Shown here: piece by piece, positions 61,096-64,000 of the stretch | Layout: each line of letters starts with the position of its first letter | Position numbering within the stretch: position 1 is the stretch's first letter | NCBI GenBank assembly: GCA_021788645.1 | Contig: JAJYKK010000001.1 | Coordinates: 71,743-135,742 of the forward strand | DNA from: Pseudomonadota bacterium | Lineage (GTDB): Bacteria > Pseudomonadota > Gammaproteobacteria > Burkholderiales > JAKAFK01 | Reading direction: 5' to 3' | Length of the DNA stretch: 64,000 bases | Translations under genes and position numbers: made by a program | The notes under the pieces: model-generated | The model's input: the letters and a program-made list of their open reading frames with translations, nothing else | Told to the model about the DNA's origin: nothing | Databases searched by the model: none

Positions 61096-61980
61096 GTGGG
61101 GCAGGCGCCGTACGATCAGGCCGAAGGTCTGCGCCGGCTTCTCGCGCGCGGGGAGACGCGCATCATCGTCTTCGCCAGCGGGTGCAAGGGCAGCGGTCAG
61201 ACCAGTGCGATCCTGAACCTGGGCGCGGCGCTTTCAAGGGGCGGGCGGCATGTCGTCGTGCTCGACGAGGCGGGAGGCCGTCTCAGCCTGTCGCACGCCT
61301 TAGGGGTCGACCGTTCTCGGGACCTGGTGAGCCTGGCGCGCAGGGAGCACGCTTTGCACGAGCTGCTCGAGGAGCACGCGGACATCCTTCGCGTGATCCC
61401 CGTCGCGCACGGCCTGCGCGGGCTGTCTGAGCTGTCGTCGGAGGCGGTGGAGCGGCTTGCGCAATCGCTCGCCTCTTCGCCCCGTCCGATCGACGTGCTG
61501 ATGGTGGACGCCAGACCGGGGAGCGGGGTCGTTCCCATCTGCCTCGCGGCGCCTGAAGTGGTCGTGGTGGTGAGCAATTCCCGTTCGTCGATCAAGGAGG
61601 CCTATGCGTTGATCAAGGTCTTGAGCCAGGAGTATGGGAGGCATCGCTTCCATCTGCTGGTGACCCGTGCGGAACCGGGGGATGGGGAGACCATTTTCGC
61701 CAATATGGTGGAGGCGACGAGCCGTTTTCTCCAGGTTTCGCTGGACTTCATGGGCTGGGTGGCGCCTGACGAAAAGGTCGCCCAGTCGGTGCGGACCGGG
61801 CGTACCGTGGTGGAAGCGTGGCCCGCATCGGATTGCGCCAAGGCGTTCCGCGGCCTGGCCGATGTGATTGAGCGCTGGCCGTATCCGCGCGAAGAGGAAG
61901 GCAGGATGGACGTCTTCGTCCGTCGACTTGTCTATAGCAGTCGAATTGCGGCAAAAGAGTTGAGTTCGGCCTCGACATAG
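61096..61980 (+). CDS. flhG: FlhG/FleN (MinD/ParA-type flagellar number regulator) with a degenerate Walker A loop
   Basis: Collinear with P. aeruginosa FleN as I recall it: DQAEGLRRL..., AYALIKVLSQEYGRHRFHLL, FMGWVAPDEKV. The P-loop reads SGCKGSGQT instead of GGKGGVGKT. GTG start 61096 is inferred; the ORF opens at 60991. Confidence 0.8.
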   Translation: MGQAPYDQAEGLRRLLARGETRIIVFASGCKGSGQTSAILNLGAALSRGGRHVVVLDEAGGRLSLSHALGVDRSRDLVSLARREHALHELLEEHADILRVIPVAHGLRGLSELSSEAVERLAQSLASSPRPIDVLMVDARPGSGVVPICLAAPEVVVVVSNSRSSIKEAYALIKVLSQEYGRHRFHLLVTRAEPGDGETIFANMVEATSRFLQVSLDFMGWVAPDEKVAQSVRTGRTVVEAWPASDCAKAFRGLADVIERWPYPREEEGRMDVFVRRLVYSSRIAAKELSSAST

Positions 61981-62048
61981 TATTATGCTTGCGCCCGGGA
62001 GGAGCAGACGCGGGACATCTCGCATGCTCGCACATTAAAAAGACCGTT

Positions 62049-62762
62049 ATGCGTGACACTGCAACGAACCTCGACAAGGACAAAGCGGTCGCCGACTATG
62101 CGCCCCTCGTCAAGCGCATCGCCTATCACCTCATGGCGAGATTGCCTTCCAGCGTGCAGATTGACGATCTTATCCAAGCGGGTCTGATTGGCCTGCTGGA
62201 TGCCGCCACCCATTTCGACGCGTCGCAAGGGGCGCAGTTCGAGACCTACGCCGTGCAGCGCGTCCGCGGCGCCATGCTGGACGAATTGCGGCAGGCCGAC
62301 TGGCTCCCGCGCAACGTGCGCAAGTCCTTGCGCGTCATCGAGGCGGCGGTGTCCAAGCTGGAGCAGAAGAGCGGACGCCCCCCGACGGAGCGGGAACTGG
62401 CCGAGGAGCTCAACATGCCCCTGGCGCAATATCAGCAGATGCTCCAGGACGCCCGTGGTTGCCAGCTGCTTTACTACGAAGATTTCCAGGAGGCGGAAGG
62501 GGCGGATTTCTTCGACCACTACGGCGCCGAACAACGCGTCAATCCGCTCGACATCCTCTCGGATGGGCGTTTCCGGAACCAGCTCGTGAAGGCCATCGAG
62601 GGACTTCCCGAACGCGAGCAGCTGGTGATGGCGCTCTATTACGAACAAGACCTCAACCTGAAGGAGATCGGCGAGGTCCTGGGCGTGAGCGAGTCGCGGG
62701 TGTGCCAGTTGCACGGCCAAGCCGTTTCGAGGCTCCGCAGCCGCTTGCGCGACTGGACCTGA
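62049..62762 (+). CDS. fliA: Flagellar sigma factor FliA (sigma-28)
   Basis: YAPLVKRIAYHLMARLPSSVQIDDLIQAGLIGLLDA...ELRQADWLPR...LNLKEIGEVLGVSESRVCQLH. Confidence 0.9.
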   Translation: MRDTATNLDKDKAVADYAPLVKRIAYHLMARLPSSVQIDDLIQAGLIGLLDAATHFDASQGAQFETYAVQRVRGAMLDELRQADWLPRNVRKSLRVIEAAVSKLEQKSGRPPTERELAEELNMPLAQYQQMLQDARGCQLLYYEDFQEAEGADFFDHYGAEQRVNPLDILSDGRFRNQLVKAIEGLPEREQLVMALYYEQDLNLKEIGEVLGVSESRVCQLHGQAVSRLRSRLRDWT

Positions 62763-62828
62763 CGCCGCGGCCGGCGTCCGCGTTACCCCAAAGGGCCGTG
62801 CGCCCTAAGCCCGGCACCGGTCCGGCGG

Positions 62829-62855
62829 TCAAGAAACGCGCCGCCGCGCCGATAT
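62829..62855 (+). promoter_or_regulatory. Candidate sigma-28 (FliA) promoter for motAB
   Basis: TCAA-N15-GCCGATAT compared with the consensus TAAA-N15-GCCGATAA. It lies 83 bp upstream of the motA ATG. Confidence 0.55.
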
Positions 62856-62937
62856 GCTATTGACGCTAGAACAACCACGATAGGGCTTGCCGTACCTTGA
62901 AGTTTCCCCTGATTGACCTCCGGAACGGGCGCGCGCG

Positions 62938-63678
62938 ATGGATCTGACCAGCATCGGGGGCATCCTGGTTGCCTTGATCGCGATCCTGGGCGGGCAGCTT
63001 CTCGAGGGGGGGCGCATCGGCTCGCTGCTGCAACTCACCGCGTTCATCATCGTCATCGGCGGGACCATGGGCGCCATCATGCTGCAAAGCTCCCTGCCCA
63101 CGTTCCTCCTCGGCGTCAAGATGATCGGCTGGGCCTTCAAGCCGCCCAAACGCCCGCCCCAATCGCTGATCGACGACGTGATCCGCTGGAGCACCATGTC
63201 GCGCAAGGGAGGGCTGCTGGCGCTCGAGCCCTTGATCGAGGACCTCGAGGACCCTTTCATGAAGAAGGGCTTGCAACTCCTGGTAGACGGCGCCGAGCCG
63301 GAGGTGTTGCGCGAGTCGCTGGAGCTCGAGATCGGCGCCGCGGAAGAGCGTCTCCGGGCGGGCGCCAAAGTGTGGGAGTCCGCCGGCGGCTATGCGCCAA
63401 CCATCGGGATTCTCGGCGCGGTGTTGGGGCTGATCCATGTCATGGAGAATCTCTCCGATCCGAGCAAGCTGGGCGGAGGCATTGCGGTCGCCTTCGTGGC
63501 GACGATCTATGGCGTGGGATCGGCCAACCTGTTTTTTCTGCCGGTCTCCAACAAGCTCAAGGCCCATGTCGCCCACGAGGTCATGTTGCGCAACATGCTG
63601 ATCGACGGCCTGGTGTCCATCGCCAACGGGGAGAACCCCCGCGTCATCGAGACCAAGCTGCAAGGCTACCTCGCATAG
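62938..63678 (+). CDS. motA: Flagellar stator protein MotA (MotC/PomA-size, 246 aa)
   Basis: MDLTSIGGILVALIAILGG...YAPTIGILGAVLGLIHVM...GIAVAFVATIYGVGSANLFFLP. Confidence 0.9.
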   Translation: MDLTSIGGILVALIAILGGQLLEGGRIGSLLQLTAFIIVIGGTMGAIMLQSSLPTFLLGVKMIGWAFKPPKRPPQSLIDDVIRWSTMSRKGGLLALEPLIEDLEDPFMKKGLQLLVDGAEPEVLRESLELEIGAAEERLRAGAKVWESAGGYAPTIGILGAVLGLIHVMENLSDPSKLGGGIAVAFVATIYGVGSANLFFLPVSNKLKAHVAHEVMLRNMLIDGLVSIANGENPRVIETKLQGYLA

Positions 63679-63703
63679 CGGGTGCCCAACCGGGAGTCGG
63701 CCG

Positions 63704-64000
63704 ATGGCTCATCGCAAGCGCCATGAAGATCACGAGAATCACGAACGGTGGCTTGTGTCCTATGCGGACTTCATTACCCTCCTGTTTGCCTTTTTCGTCG
63801 TGATGTATTCGATTTCGCAAATCAATGTCGGCAAATACCGCGTGCTGAGCGAGTCGCTGGTGAGCGCCTTCCGCAATACGCCGCGATCGAGCATGCCCAT
63901 TCCCCTGGGCGCGGAACCCGGCGGGGAGCGCGTGCGCGCGCCGCATGCGGTGTTTCGCCCCACCCTGCTGGTGAGCCCGCACCAGGGCGGCCCCACGGTC
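63704..64000 (+). CDS. motB: Flagellar stator protein MotB, 5' partial (runs off the window end)
   Basis: My own translation from ATG 63704 (RBS GGGAG at 63692-63696) gives MAHRKRHEDHENHERWLVSYADFITLLFAFFVVMYSISQIN..., the canonical MotB plug/TM region with the conserved Asp. It is absent from the ORF track because there is no stop codon within the window. Confidence 0.85.
   Translation, partial: MAHRKRHEDHENHERWLVSYADFITLLFAFFVVMYSISQINVGKYRVLSESLVSAFRNTPRSSMPIPLGAEPGGERVRAPHAVFRPTLLVSPHQGGPTV

Noticed and set aside
1-64000. CRISPR arrays, IS elements or transposases, integrases, phage genes, toxin-antitoxin pairs and known defence-system genes.
   Set aside because: I looked for regularly spaced direct repeats, terminal inverted repeats, DDE or tyrosine-recombinase signatures and small paired ORFs, and found none. 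The only repeats are the short ones listed as findings.

Overview
High-GC (about 65% by eye, not computed) chromosomal segment of a flagellated Beta- or Gammaproteobacterium. I saw no rRNA, tRNA, CRISPR array, transposase or phage genes. Most of the window is conserved housekeeping synteny.

Gene order, left to right:
- A PEP-CTERM secreted protein.
- lexA, then an SOS mutagenesis cassette imuA-imuB / dnaE2. The cassette is split by an antisense membrane-protein gene, and LexA boxes lie in front of both halves.
- fimV, an EcfT/CbiQ-like gene, truA, a GT4 glycosyltransferase, then trpF-trpB-trpA-accD-folC, a SPOR protein, cvpA and purF.
- A minus-strand trehalose/alpha-glucan block: treS-pep2, treZ and a 1724-aa malQ::treY fusion.
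- A psiE-like gene, an HExxH lipoprotein aminopeptidase and mutS.
- A four-gene accessory cluster: sulfotransferase, DHA2 MFS transporter, a 601-aa GT-A-like protein of unknown function, and an acetolactate-synthase-like ThDP enzyme.
- A PAS-GAF-GGDEF-EAL protein, suhB, trmJ and cysE.
- iscR-iscS-iscU-iscA-hscB-hscA-fdx-iscX.
- flhB-flhA-flhF-flhG-fliA-motA and a 5' partial motB.

Best candidate for something undescribed: the mutS-adjacent cluster at about 39.2-45.2 kb, centred on the 601-aa protein that is tightly coupled to the ThDP enzyme.

Other points worth a second look:
- Three convergent gene pairs whose stop codons overlap in the palindrome CTAG.
- An FlhG/FleN orthologue with a degenerate Walker A loop.
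- The split SOS cassette.
- The MalQ-TreY fusion.
- Several unusually long GC-rich spacers (340-800 bp) with no convincing gene.

Many long ORFs in the six-frame track are antisense or out-of-frame shadows of real genes, as is typical of high-GC DNA, and I did not call them.
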